A stretch of DNA of 64,000 bases from an uncultured Bacillota bacterium (GCA_963804645.1 CAWDRG010000005.1:224001-288000), one strand, 5' to 3'; counted from the stretch's first letter, positions 34,865 through 44,687 are shown. The notes: generated by a model from the sequence alone, not told the origin. A program made the numbers and translations.

Positions 34865-37180
34865 TCACCGCTGAATCGCCGCGGTCACGTATCGCGATCC
34901 GTCCGGCTGGATCCCGGCATCCGCGACCGCAAGCGCGCCCTCAACCTCCACGCTCCTCCCTTCGCCGGCAGGCAACCTAAATGTGATCTCTCGATACGGT
35001 AGTGCGTATCCGTCGTGACGTATGGTCAGGCCGAGGCGGATGCTCGCCTGCTCACACGCGATGCGGAAACAGAGCTCGCTGTACCCGCCTCGAGTGTACT
35101 CCATCGAGGTTCCATCGTCCTCGTAAACGACGGCCTCCGCGGTCCCGCGGCCGCGGTGGGGGAACACCCGCACCTCCCGGCGCTCCGGCCGCCCGTCGGT
35201 CGCGGCCGCGGCGGGATCACCGAGCGGGACCAGACTGCCGGCCAGCGCCAGCACCGTAGGATGCTCCAGCGGCAGGGCCACGTCCTGGTCGCCCGGAGCG
35301 TAATACCGGGTTTGATCGAACGAGTACCAGCCCTCGGTGCCCGGCAGGTAGACCCGAGCCCCCCGCACGCCGGGCTCGAACACGCCGGGGACCAGCAGCG
35401 ACGGCCCGAGCATGAACACGGCGGATTCCTCGAGGCAGCGGGGATCGTCCGGAAAGGCGTAGGCGAGCGGCCGGTGAATCGGCGCGCCCGTCCGGCTGTG
35501 TTCGACAAACAGGCTGTACAGATACGGCAGCAGCCGGTAGCGCAGCCGGATCGCCTCCCGCACGAACGGAAACACCTCCGGGTACATCCACGGCTCCGTC
35601 GGCGGGGTCTTCCAGGAATTCATGTAGAAGCGCGGGTGGAAGATCAGCTGCTGGATCCATCGGACGAAGAGTTCGGGCGTGGGCGCGTCCCCAAAGAAAC
35701 CTCCGGCGTCGTGCGTGGTCGCCGCGAACCCCGAGAGCGCCAGCCCGAGGCCCATCGGGAGGTTGTAGCGCACCGTGCGCCAGGACGTGCTGTTGTCCCC
35801 GGACCAGGTCTGCGCGTACCGCTGCGTGCCGATCGACGCCGAGCGGGTAATAAGGAACGGCCGCGCCTCGGGAGCCCACTCCCGAAGGGCCTCGTACGAG
35901 GCCTGCGCCATGAGCCGCATCTGGACCGCGGCGTGCGCCGGGGCCCCATCCGCCGTGAACGCGTCCCCGACCGCGTACTCGTTGTTGTCGTTCCAGACGC
36001 CCTCGATGCCGTGGGCCAGAAGCTGCGACGTCACCCCGGCCTTCCACCAGGCGCGGACCGCGGGCTGCGTGAAATCCGGCCAGGAGGCGTCTCCGTCCCA
36101 AAAGCCCTCGCGCACGGAGTCTCCGGCGGCGTTGCGCACGAACCCCCCCTGCTCGGCCAGCCGCGCGTAGTCGGGGTGATCGGTCAGCAGCGCCGGCTTG
36201 ATATTCGCGACGACGTGGAGCCGACGCCCCGTGAGCGCCGCGACAAAGCGTCCCGGATCCGGGATGCGGTCGCGATTCCAGTGGAACACGTAGCGCTTGC
36301 CGTCCCGGAGCGTATAGCCGGATCCCAGCTGAATGCCGTCGCAGGGGAGGTCTTCGGCCCGGCAGCGGTCGGCGAAGCGCACGAGGGCCGCCTCCGGATC
36401 GGCGTCGTCGGCGTATGCCATCCCGGAGTGCAGGTAGCCCAGGCTCCACCGCGGCGGCAGCCCGGGCCGTCCGATCAGGTCGGTGATGCGTCCCACCAGT
36501 GCGGGCAGCGTCTCGGCGCCGATCAGGTAGTACTCCAGACCGCCGGCCTGCATCTCCGCGTACCGAAACGGGCCGTAGTAATGGTGAATCTCCGCACCAA
36601 AGTCCACCACCATCCGACACGGGACGTCGTACAGGATCGCGAAATACGAGCCGTGCGGCGTCCGCGTCAGGTACAGCGGCCAGTGTTTGTACAGCGGATC
36701 CGACCATTCGGCGTTATAGCCGCACGCGTCCGTGGGCTCCAGCCGGTATCGCCGGTGGTGATGGTTGAGGTCGCCGCTCACTTCGCCCAGGCCGAAGTAC
36801 ACATCCTGGAGCGCCCTGGTCATCGTGTGGCGGATCCATCCGTCCCGGCGGGTGTACGCGAGATAGGGATGGTCGGAAGTCAGGGGCCGCCCGCGGCTGC
36901 TCCAGCGCAGCCAGAACGGCGCGAGGGACACGTCGAGCGCCAGCACGCCCCACGCGAGCCGGACCGTCGCGGCGTCGGTCCGCACCTCGGCGAGGAGCGG
37001 CGGGTCCGTCACCGCCACGGCGCGCTCCCATTCCTCGTGCGGCGTCGTCGTGACACGAACCCTGACGGTATCGCGGGCGATGCCGGTCACGCGGCACGAT
37101 GCCGACGCCGGCCCCGCAAACACGTACGTGGGTCCATCCAGCGCGGTGGCGGAGACCTCGGGAAGCACGCGGTCAGTCAT
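34865..37180 (-). CDS. Glycoside hydrolase family 31 (Aec37-like alpha-glycosidase)
   Basis: FGLGE, DPLYKHWP, PPRWSLGY, KRYVFHWN, nucleophile motif WNDNNE, acid/base motif WSGDN. The start at 37180 is inferred. Confidence 0.9.
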   Translation of the reverse strand: MTDRVLPEVSATALDGPTYVFAGPASASCRVTGIARDTVRVRVTTTPHEEWERAVAVTDPPLLAEVRTDAATVRLAWGVLALDVSLAPFWLRWSSRGRPLTSDHPYLAYTRRDGWIRHTMTRALQDVYFGLGEVSGDLNHHHRRYRLEPTDACGYNAEWSDPLYKHWPLYLTRTPHGSYFAILYDVPCRMVVDFGAEIHHYYGPFRYAEMQAGGLEYYLIGAETLPALVGRITDLIGRPGLPPRWSLGYLHSGMAYADDADPEAALVRFADRCRAEDLPCDGIQLGSGYTLRDGKRYVFHWNRDRIPDPGRFVAALTGRRLHVVANIKPALLTDHPDYARLAEQGGFVRNAAGDSVREGFWDGDASWPDFTQPAVRAWWKAGVTSQLLAHGIEGVWNDNNEYAVGDAFTADGAPAHAAVQMRLMAQASYEALREWAPEARPFLITRSASIGTQRYAQTWSGDNSTSWRTVRYNLPMGLGLALSGFAATTHDAGGFFGDAPTPELFVRWIQQLIFHPRFYMNSWKTPPTEPWMYPEVFPFVREAIRLRYRLLPYLYSLFVEHSRTGAPIHRPLAYAFPDDPRCLEESAVFMLGPSLLVPGVFEPGVRGARVYLPGTEGWYSFDQTRYYAPGDQDVALPLEHPTVLALAGSLVPLGDPAAAATDGRPERREVRVFPHRGRGTAEAVVYEDDGTSMEYTRGGYSELCFRIACEQASIRLGLTIRHDGYALPYREITFRLPAGEGRSVEVEGALAVADAGIQPDGSRYVTAAIQR

Positions 37181-37451
37181 CGCAGCGGCATGAACACAAC
37201 GTCTCCAGTCTGACGCCCGGAGCGCGCTCCCACCGCGCACCCGGCCGCGCTCCAGGAGAGGCACAAGCACTCGCCGTGAACCTTCCGTCCTACGTTTCTG
37301 AACTCCTCTCATCGTGCCGTGCGCCCGGTGCCCCAGGCCGCGGCGCAGCGCTGAGGAACGCGCGGACGCGTCCGCACGGCGTCTGGAGGAAACCGCCGTG
37401 GAACTCTCCAAGTACCCGACACGCCTGTCCGTCGACGAACGGGAGGAGATC

Positions 37452-38060
37452 ATGATGCGGAGAGCGCTGATTGCCGGTGCCCTGGCGGCGACGCTGTGTG
37501 CGGCCACGGCCGCGGGCGCCCAGGACACCCGCAAGATCGTGGCCGTCGTGGATTTCCAGGACGACGTGCACGGATGGACGAACACGAGCCAGGTCGTGAC
37601 CGATCGGCTGATCTCAGAGCTCAGGAACGACGCCGCGGTGCAGGTCTTAGCGCGCGGGCAGGTGGAAACCGCGCTGCAGAGCGCCAACGTGGGGACGCAG
37701 GGAGTGCTTGACGCGGGGGCCGCCCAGAAGATTGGACAATCGCTGGGGGCCGCCTACGTGGTGATGGGAGAGATCGACCAGTTCAACTGGGAGTACCACA
37801 GCGCGACCGTCCTCGTAGCGACGATCGTCCAGCAATCGGCCACTGTGGACCTCAAAGGCAAAGTGCTGGACGTGACGGGTGGACAGGTGATCGGGCAGCC
37901 CCAGGGCAAGGGGCAGATCACACAGACCGGCGGATCCACCTGGGTCGGGCCGTGGTGGTCCGACGTGTCGGTGGACAACTTCGACAACGAGCTGATCGGC
38001 AAGGCCACCAAGCAGTCGGTCGAACAGTTCGCGAAACAGGCGGTCCCGATGCTGAAATAG
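37452..38060 (+). CDS. Secreted CsgG/TolB-N-like protein
   Basis: Signal peptide; VAVVDF, AQKIGQSLGAAYVVMGEI, KVLDVTGGQVI; GGAGGAG RBS. Confidence 0.7.
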   Translation: MMRRALIAGALAATLCAATAAGAQDTRKIVAVVDFQDDVHGWTNTSQVVTDRLISELRNDAAVQVLARGQVETALQSANVGTQGVLDAGAAQKIGQSLGAAYVVMGEIDQFNWEYHSATVLVATIVQQSATVDLKGKVLDVTGGQVIGQPQGKGQITQTGGSTWVGPWWSDVSVDNFDNELIGKATKQSVEQFAKQAVPMLK

Positions 38061-38194
38061 GCCGCCGCGGCGGCCCACCACGGTGCTCCTGACACAACCG
38101 GACCGGGCCCGGGCCTCCGTCCCGGACGCACCCGGGGCACAGGGCCGGTGGAAGCCCCTGTGCCCGCGGTCCCCTCGCCGTCCGTGCGCGCTCC

Positions 38195-40597
38195 CTACGC
38201 CCCGGCGGGCGGCGTGAACGTCGTCACCACCGGCGGCGTCCCCACGTACTTCTCCACCTGCACCAGCACCGAGTTCGTCGGGTTCCCGCCCGACAACTTC
38301 GAACTCGGCGTGTCCGTCGTCAGGTTGTTCACGTTCCCGTGCCGGTCCAGCGTCCCCACCGACCCCGGCGTCAGCGGATCCGACCACGCCCCCTCGTTCA
38401 GCACCATCACGCCCCGCCGCACCCGCGCCGTCACCAGCGCCCCCGCCAGCGTCTGCCCCCGCCCGTTGAACACCCGCACCACGTCGCCGTTCATGATCCC
38501 CCGCGCCGCCGCGTCCTGGGGGCTAATCCAGAGCGGTTCCCGCCCCGCCACCTCATACGCGTGCCGCAGCCCCGTCTGATCCAACTGCGAGTGCAGCCGG
38601 TTCTTCGGGTGCGACGATAGCAGGTGCAGCGGGTACTGCGCCGTCTCCGGACTCCCCAGCCATTCCGTCGGCGGCAGCCACGTCGCGTGCGGCGGCGTGT
38701 CGTCATAGTTGAACCCCGCGATCGTGCTCGAGTACAGCTCGATCTTCCCCGACGGCGTCCCGAGCGGGTTGTTCGCCGGGTCGGCGCGGAACTGCGCGTA
38801 CGCGACCACCTCGTTGGCGGCATCCGGGGTGGGGAACTCCAGGTACCCCTGCTTCCAGAACGTGTCGAAGTCCGGCATCGTCAGACCCCGCTCCTGAGCC
38901 TGCTGCACGGCCGCCCCGTAGAACTGCCGCAGCCACGCCATCTCGTCCTTGCCCTCCGTGTACTGCTGACCGAAGCCGAGACGGGACGCCAGCCCGGCGC
39001 AGATGTCGAAGTCGCTGCGCGATTCGAACAGCGGCGGCACCATCTGCTGCATCGCCATGATAAACCGGTCGGTGTTGAACAGGTCGTTGCGCTCCATCGT
39101 CGTCGTCGCCGGCAGCACGATGTCGGCATGCCGCGCGGTCGGCGTCCACGCGTAGTCGTGCACGATCGTGACCTCCGGCCGCTGCCACGCCACGAACGCC
39201 CGGTTCGTGAACTGCGCCTGATTCAAGTGGTTCGACCCCGCCAGGTACACCAGCTTGATGTCCGGATACGTCAGCTTCCGCCCGTCGTAGTCCACCGTCT
39301 TCCCCGGACTCTGGATCAGGTCGATCCACAGGTTGAGCGGCACGAAGTCCTTCACGGGATTGACGCCCGCGGACAGCCCCGGCACGCTCGGCGCGCTCCC
39401 GAACGGCACGCCCAGCGCACCCGGGAAGTCGCACTGCAGTCCGCCGCCCGGAAGGCCGATCTGGCCGAGCATCGATGACAGCGTAATGAGCATCCAGATC
39501 GGCTGCTCGCCGTGCGACGACCGCTGCAGCGAATATCCTCCGATCAGCATCGTCCGGGACTTGGCCATCCGGCGCGCAAGCGTGCGAATCGTCTCGGCCG
39601 GCACCTCCGTGATCGCGGCCGCCCACTCCGGCGACTTCGCCTGCCCGTCGCTCTTCCCGCTCAGGTAGTCCGCGAACTGCGCAAATCCCACCGTGTACTT
39701 GTCCAGAAACGCCTTGTCGTACAGGTTCTCCGTGTACAGCACGTGCGCAAGGCCCAGCATCAGCGCCGTGTCCGTGTTCGGCCGGATCACGATCCGCTCG
39801 GGCCGCAGGTACTGGTCCGTGTCCGATTCCACCGGGTTGACCGAGACCACCGGGATCTTCGCGTCCCGCAGCCGTGCGATCCACTCCATGTCGAAGTGTC
39901 CGGCGGAGCCTCCGGACCGCATCTCGGCGTTGCGCAGCGGGTCGTATCCCACCGTGACGATGAGCGTGGTGTTTTTCAGGATGACCGGCCAGACCGACTG
40001 CCGCGGCGCCGCATCGCCCAAGATGTGCGGCGTGATCACCGGCAGCACCGGTGCGCTGTACGAGTTGATCCGGAACACAAACCCGCCGTACATCGTCAAC
40101 ATCCGCTGCACGGCCCCGCCGCCGCTGTGAAAGTTGCCCGGGCTCTGCCAGCCCTGCGACGAATAAATCGACCGGTTGCCGTACTGGGTCTTCACGCGCT
40201 TCAGCTCGCCGGCGACGATGTCGAGCGCCTCGTCCCACGACACGCGCACGAACGGCTCGAGGCCCCGCTGCGTCGCGTCGCTCTGCGACCGGTTCTTGTA
40301 GAAGCCCTGACGGATCATCGGGTACTTCACGCGATCCGGGGCATACAGCAGATCCGGCATCGCCGTGACCATCGCGTTCGGGTAGCGATCCGTGGCGAAC
40401 GGCACCGTCTTCACGAGCCGGCCGCCCACGACCTGACCACTGTACGGGCCCCAATGGGCAACGCCCAGGCGCGTGCCGGGTGGAGCATCCGCGGCCGCCG
40501 CGCCGACGGGCAACGCCCCCATCAGCGGTGCCACCATGGTGCCTCCGACGAGCAGCCCGCTCTGACTCAGGAACGACCTTCTGGTAATTGGCTTCAT
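38195..40597 (-). CDS. Tat-exported molybdopterin oxidoreductase, DMSO/TMAO/biotin-sulfoxide reductase family (copy 1)
   Basis: TRRSFL Tat motif; AHWG, RVKYPMIR, FVRVSWDEA, Ser ligand in SYSAPV, PNTDTALMLG, ADIVLPATT, RLHSQL. No N-terminal Fe-S cysteines. Confidence 0.92.
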   Translation of the reverse strand: MKPITRRSFLSQSGLLVGGTMVAPLMGALPVGAAAADAPPGTRLGVAHWGPYSGQVVGGRLVKTVPFATDRYPNAMVTAMPDLLYAPDRVKYPMIRQGFYKNRSQSDATQRGLEPFVRVSWDEALDIVAGELKRVKTQYGNRSIYSSQGWQSPGNFHSGGGAVQRMLTMYGGFVFRINSYSAPVLPVITPHILGDAAPRQSVWPVILKNTTLIVTVGYDPLRNAEMRSGGSAGHFDMEWIARLRDAKIPVVSVNPVESDTDQYLRPERIVIRPNTDTALMLGLAHVLYTENLYDKAFLDKYTVGFAQFADYLSGKSDGQAKSPEWAAAITEVPAETIRTLARRMAKSRTMLIGGYSLQRSSHGEQPIWMLITLSSMLGQIGLPGGGLQCDFPGALGVPFGSAPSVPGLSAGVNPVKDFVPLNLWIDLIQSPGKTVDYDGRKLTYPDIKLVYLAGSNHLNQAQFTNRAFVAWQRPEVTIVHDYAWTPTARHADIVLPATTTMERNDLFNTDRFIMAMQQMVPPLFESRSDFDICAGLASRLGFGQQYTEGKDEMAWLRQFYGAAVQQAQERGLTMPDFDTFWKQGYLEFPTPDAANEVVAYAQFRADPANNPLGTPSGKIELYSSTIAGFNYDDTPPHATWLPPTEWLGSPETAQYPLHLLSSHPKNRLHSQLDQTGLRHAYEVAGREPLWISPQDAAARGIMNGDVVRVFNGRGQTLAGALVTARVRRGVMVLNEGAWSDPLTPGSVGTLDRHGNVNNLTTDTPSSKLSGGNPTNSVLVQVEKYVGTPPVVTTFTPPAGA

Positions 40598-40787
40598 CGC
40601 GACCTCCCCATCCGTGTTGGTTCGTAGACCGCGGGTCGCACGTGCACCCGGTCCACGACCCCCTACACCATACCGACTGCCCGGGCCGGCGTGCATCCGC
40701 TCTCAACCCGATTCCGCGTACGGCCGCGTGGGCGACGCGTCGGGCGCGGCACGACCGTGCGGGACGAAAATTACTGCCTCGGACGGA

Positions 40788-40816
40788 TAGGCGCGCTGCG
40801 CAAACTCCGATACAGT
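40788..40816 (+). promoter_or_regulatory. Promoter of 6S-like RNA copy 1
   Basis: TAGGCG-N17-TACAGT; the RNA terminal stem starts 7 nt after the -10. The same geometry occurs in copy 2. Confidence 0.65.
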
Positions 40817-40822
40817 GTGGGT

Positions 40823-41002
40823 GGAGCGCACACGGCGACGTGCCGGATCACATGCCGCGGTCGCGGGAGTTACGCATCGGCCACGTTCACTTCGGACCGG
40901 CGCCCGAGCGGGCTTGGGCACGATCCCGGAGAGCACCAGCCGACGGGAGACCCCGAGGACCACGCCTGAAGATGGCACAGGCCGTTCTAGTAGGTGCGCT
41001 CC
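40823..41002 (+). ncRNA. 6S RNA-like rod-shaped ncRNA (copy 1, ~180 nt)
   Basis: Nested stems GGAGCGCAC/GTGCGCTCC, ACGGC/GCCGT, GTGCC/GGCAC, GGTC/GACC, a central bubble, TCGGC/GCCGA, CTTCGG/CCGGAG and apical GCCCGAG/CTTGGGC; T-run after the 3' end. Confidence 0.75.
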
Positions 41003-41173
41003 TCGAATTTTTCCAACGCTCCGAACCTGACCATGCACTGTCACCGATGGACGTGCATGACCCGTCCGCGCCGTGGGCGAGGACTTTCCGGACCGGCGCA
41101 GAACTTCGCGACCGGGCGCCCCGCTGCGGGCGCACCGAGGGATGGAACCAGCGGAACTCGAGGAGGTTCAAGC

Positions 41174-42505
41174 ATGAATGCCACACTCACGCGACGCGAC
41201 GTGCTGGCCGCCGCGGCCCTCGCCCTGGCCGGCCTGGCGTCTGGGGACGCGGCATCGGCGGCGGTTCCGAAGGTCGGCCCGATCAACATCTTGATCAACG
41301 ACTCGCCCTGGTACCACGGCTTTGAGCAGCTGGTACAGCTGTACCAGCAAACAACGGGCAATCAAGTCAAACTCACCGTCACGCCGTTCACCGGCATGCT
41401 CGAGCAAACGCGCAACACGGTCACCGGCCCCGAAAGCACCTTCGACATCGTGAATTTGAACGAAGCGTGGTACGCGACGTTCTACGCGGGCGGGTTTGTG
41501 TCCCCGATCAAGTCGATCGATCCCAGTTTCCAGCTGGATCCCAATATTATCGAGTACGTCTACTCGACCCGGTGGAACTTTCAGAAGAAGTACTCGACCC
41601 CGGACGGCGCCCTGCTCGGCCTCCCGATCAACGGGAACATCCAGGCGCTCTATTACCGCGCGGACCTCTTCCAGCAGGCGGGGCTCAAACCGCCGGAGAC
41701 CTGGACTGACGTCGCCGCGGCGGCGAAGCGGTTCCACAATCCGCCGAACATGTACGGGTTTGCCCAGCGCGGCCAGCGGGCGGGATGGTCGTGCGGGTTT
41801 GACTGGTTTGCGTTCCTCCGCGCCCATAAGAGCGACTGGGTCGCCAATCCGCCGGCCGACTGGGCCGTGACGATCGACAGCGCCGCGGCCAAGGCGTCCC
41901 TCGCGGAATGCGACGACCTGCTCAAATCCTATGGACCGCCGAATCTCGCGGGACTCGGCAACGCCGAACTGACCCAACTGTTGGCGAGCGGCAAGTTGGC
42001 GATGGCGAACGCGGTGATCGCGACCTTCCCGTTGCTCGACGACCCTCAGAGTTCGGCCGTCGTCAACAAGGTCAACGTCACGGTGATGCCGAGGGCGGCG
42101 AACGGGGTGCACGCGACGACGTCTGGCATCTGGGTCATGTCGATTCCTCACAACCTCCCGGACGCGCGGAAGAAGGCGGCGCTGACCTTCTTACAGTGGG
42201 CGCTCACGAAAGACGCACAGATCCAGTACACGAAATTCGGGGCCATCCCGGTGCGCCAGGACGTGTACAAGTCCGATCTTGCCAACCAGCCCCAATTCCG
42301 CTGGATGAAGGCCATGGCCGCGAGCACCTCGTACATCCACGAAAACGTCCGCATTCCGGAAGGCCCGCAGATTACGGACAGCATCGAGCTGCACGTGAAT
42401 CAGCTGTACGCGGGCCAGATGTCCGTCGACCAAGCGGCCGACGCGATGGCCCAAGACATCTACGGCATCTTGCAAAAGGGAGGGTACCCGACGAAGCGCG
42501 GCTGA
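41174..42505 (+). CDS. Carbohydrate ABC substrate-binding protein with Tat-like signal
   Basis: TRRDVL, LYYRADLF...PPETW; AGGAGG RBS. Confidence 0.9.
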   Translation: MNATLTRRDVLAAAALALAGLASGDAASAAVPKVGPINILINDSPWYHGFEQLVQLYQQTTGNQVKLTVTPFTGMLEQTRNTVTGPESTFDIVNLNEAWYATFYAGGFVSPIKSIDPSFQLDPNIIEYVYSTRWNFQKKYSTPDGALLGLPINGNIQALYYRADLFQQAGLKPPETWTDVAAAAKRFHNPPNMYGFAQRGQRAGWSCGFDWFAFLRAHKSDWVANPPADWAVTIDSAAAKASLAECDDLLKSYGPPNLAGLGNAELTQLLASGKLAMANAVIATFPLLDDPQSSAVVNKVNVTVMPRAANGVHATTSGIWVMSIPHNLPDARKKAALTFLQWALTKDAQIQYTKFGAIPVRQDVYKSDLANQPQFRWMKAMAASTSYIHENVRIPEGPQITDSIELHVNQLYAGQMSVDQAADAMAQDIYGILQKGGYPTKRG

Positions 42506-42535
42506 GCGCGGCCGTCGGCGGCCAACCCGCGCGCG

Positions 42536-43303
42536 TTATCGTTCGGCGCCGCCGACCCAGCGTACCGCGCCGGTCCAAAAGCGGGCATACTGGTTCCACC
42601 TCGTGAAGTATTCGCCCCAATGCGGACACGGGTCCGAGCTGAACGCGAGCACGCGGGCCCGGCCGAAGGTGCCGACCGCCAGGAGCGGGTACTCCTCGAT
42701 CGTGGCCAACAACACTGCCCCGGGCTTGAGCTTAGACTTGTTGTAGCCGAAGAAGACCGGACAGTCCTCCCAAGGAATATCCCGCGTGACCGGATGGTCC
42801 GCCTTCAGAATACGAGGGCGTACGCCTTCCGGCGTATCCTCACGATCGTCCACGACGTTCAGTACCTCGAGCGGCAGCGCCTCGGCGAGCGCCGTCCCGT
42901 ACCAGTGCGCCGCCCCGTTGCGGCCCTGAAAGCTGACGTACCCGCCCGCATAAATCAGCCCGCCTCCCTCGCGGACAAACCGCGTCAGTTCGCGCATGCG
43001 GTTCGGCCGAGGGCGGAGCGGCTGCCCCTCCTCCAGCGGATAGGTCGTAAAGGTGTCGGCCCCAATGTCGCTGAGGATGACCACGTCGTAGTCGGCGCGG
43101 AGCGCCTCCGCCGTTTCGGGAAACTGCATGAAGGTCAGGTACGGCGGCAGGTGCGTGACCCTGATGTCGGGATCGGACGCGAGCGCGTTTCGCAGATGGC
43201 GGGCCGCATCTTTCACGCGGCTGACGTACTGGGTCACCTCGGCACCCTTCACCTCGGTCTCGAGCCGAATCGAGCCGTCTCCCACGTACAACACGCGAAT
43301 CAT
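42536..43303 (-). CDS. Class I glutamine amidotransferase-like protein (DUF1355 type)
   Basis: YDVVILSDIGA, GGLIYAGGYVSFQG, SDPCPHW. Confidence 0.82.
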   Translation of the reverse strand: MIRVLYVGDGSIRLETEVKGAEVTQYVSRVKDAARHLRNALASDPDIRVTHLPPYLTFMQFPETAEALRADYDVVILSDIGADTFTTYPLEEGQPLRPRPNRMRELTRFVREGGGLIYAGGYVSFQGRNGAAHWYGTALAEALPLEVLNVVDDREDTPEGVRPRILKADHPVTRDIPWEDCPVFFGYNKSKLKPGAVLLATIEEYPLLAVGTFGRARVLAFSSDPCPHWGEYFTRWNQYARFWTGAVRWVGGAER

Positions 43304-43382
43304 ATGCACAACCTCCGGTCGGAGTATCCTGCCACGCGCGGCCCCGCCGCATGCCCGATCGGCCCCGCGCGCCGCCAGGCGG

Positions 43383-44687
43383 TCACGACAGGGGCCGCGC
43401 GGGCCCGCGGGGCGACACTTGATCCGGATCGTTCGCCACCGCGCCGGCGGGGACCGGCAGACGGCCGGTGCGAAGTGGATCGTCGGTCTCCGCCATCCAC
43501 CGCTCGAGGCGCGCCCGCATCTCGAGCAGCGCGGCCGCGTAGGCCGGCGATTCGGCGACGTTGCACGCCTCCCCGGGATCAAAGACCAGGTCGTACAACT
43601 GCTCCGCGGTGACCGGACGATCCCGCCACCCAGACGCGAGCCACAGGTCTTTTCCGGGGCTGTCGTCCGTGTTCGCGAGCACCGGTGTCGCACGGCCGTC
43701 AAAGCGCCGGATGTACTTGTACCGGCGCGTGCGCACGGCACGCTGCGGTTCGTACGCCGCGTGGTAGTTGATTTCAGCCACGACCTGATCGCGGACCTCG
43801 TCCGCATCCCCGCGCACCAGAGGCAGCAGCGACGTCCCCTGCACCCAGCCGGGGGCGGAAATCCCGAGCAACTCGCAGAGCGTCGGAAACAAGTCGATAT
43901 GAGACACCAGCGCGTCGCAGACCCGTCCGCCGGTGAAGCCCCCGGGACCCCGCAGCACCAGCGTCACGCCGATGCCGTGGTCCGTCAACGTACACTTCAT
44001 CCCGGGAAACGGCGGCCCGTGGTCGGTCGTAAAGATGACCAGCGTCTCTCCCGCTCCTCCTCGGCCGTCGATCGCGCGCAGGACCTCCCCGACTCCCTCG
44101 TCGAGCGCCCGGAGGCTGGCGTTGAACGCGGCGACATCGCACCGGATGGCCGGCGTGTCGGGCAGCGTTGGCGGAGGCAGACAATAGCGCGGGTCCGCGG
44201 CGGCTCCGGGCGGCGGAAATTCACGGTGGGTCTCCCAGAACCCCACGGACAAGAAAAACGGCCGGTCAGGCGGCTGCGTAAGAAATGCCGCGGCGGCCGA
44301 CGCCACGTCTCGCGCGCACCGGCTCGCTGCGGCGAGGGTCGCATCGTATCCGACGCGGACCGTCCGGCGCGCGATGTGCTGCACCCCGACGGCGGCGCTG
44401 TAGTATCCGGCCGTACGCAACGTATGCACCAGGTGACGGCCGTAGTCGTACAGAGCGAATCCGCGATGCGCCAATCCGAGCATGCCGTTCGTATGCGGAT
44501 ACTGCCCGGTCAGCAGTGCGGCGCGGCTCGGCGAACACGTCGGCGCGGCGCTGTATGCCTGCCGGCAGAGCATTCCGTCTTCCGCGAGCGCCTGGATGTT
44601 CGGGGTCGGGACGTCATGGCCAAATGGACGCACGTAGCGCCCGGTGTCGTGGGAATGCAGGTACACGATGTTTGGCGGTCGCGTCAT
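43383..44687 (-). CDS. Cys-type formylglycine sulfatase (sulfamidase/SGSH-like)
   Basis: PNIVYLHSHD, CSPSRAALLTG, TTDHG, EQLYDL..DP.E. Confidence 0.92.
   Translation of the reverse strand: MTRPPNIVYLHSHDTGRYVRPFGHDVPTPNIQALAEDGMLCRQAYSAAPTCSPSRAALLTGQYPHTNGMLGLAHRGFALYDYGRHLVHTLRTAGYYSAAVGVQHIARRTVRVGYDATLAAASRCARDVASAAAAFLTQPPDRPFFLSVGFWETHREFPPPGAAADPRYCLPPPTLPDTPAIRCDVAAFNASLRALDEGVGEVLRAIDGRGGAGETLVIFTTDHGPPFPGMKCTLTDHGIGVTLVLRGPGGFTGGRVCDALVSHIDLFPTLCELLGISAPGWVQGTSLLPLVRGDADEVRDQVVAEINYHAAYEPQRAVRTRRYKYIRRFDGRATPVLANTDDSPGKDLWLASGWRDRPVTAEQLYDLVFDPGEACNVAESPAYAAALLEMRARLERWMAETDDPLRTGRLPVPAGAVANDPDQVSPRGPARPLS

Larger units (their letters stand above)
38135..41012. repeat. Direct repeat copy 1 (molybdoenzyme gene, divergent promoters, ncRNA)
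   Basis: Homologous to 49417-52349, from the shared downstream hairpin GGGCACAGGG...CCCTGTGCCC through GTGCGCTCCT..AATTTTT. Confidence 0.92.

Noticed and set aside
37181..37451. Possible ECF-sigma promoter or small RNA between GH31 and the CsgG-like gene
   Set aside because: GAAC-like motifs lack a convincingly spaced -10, and there is no supported structure or second copy.
38148..38579. 143-aa plus-strand ORF duplicated at 49430..49861
   Set aside because: It is antisense to the near-identical 3' ends of the molybdoenzyme genes, so the duplication explains its conservation.
40598..40790. Moco/Wco riboswitch upstream of the molybdoenzymes
   Set aside because: No Moco consensus elements are recognisable. 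The conserved blocks fit promoter geometry, and the structured element points away from the gene with its own promoter.
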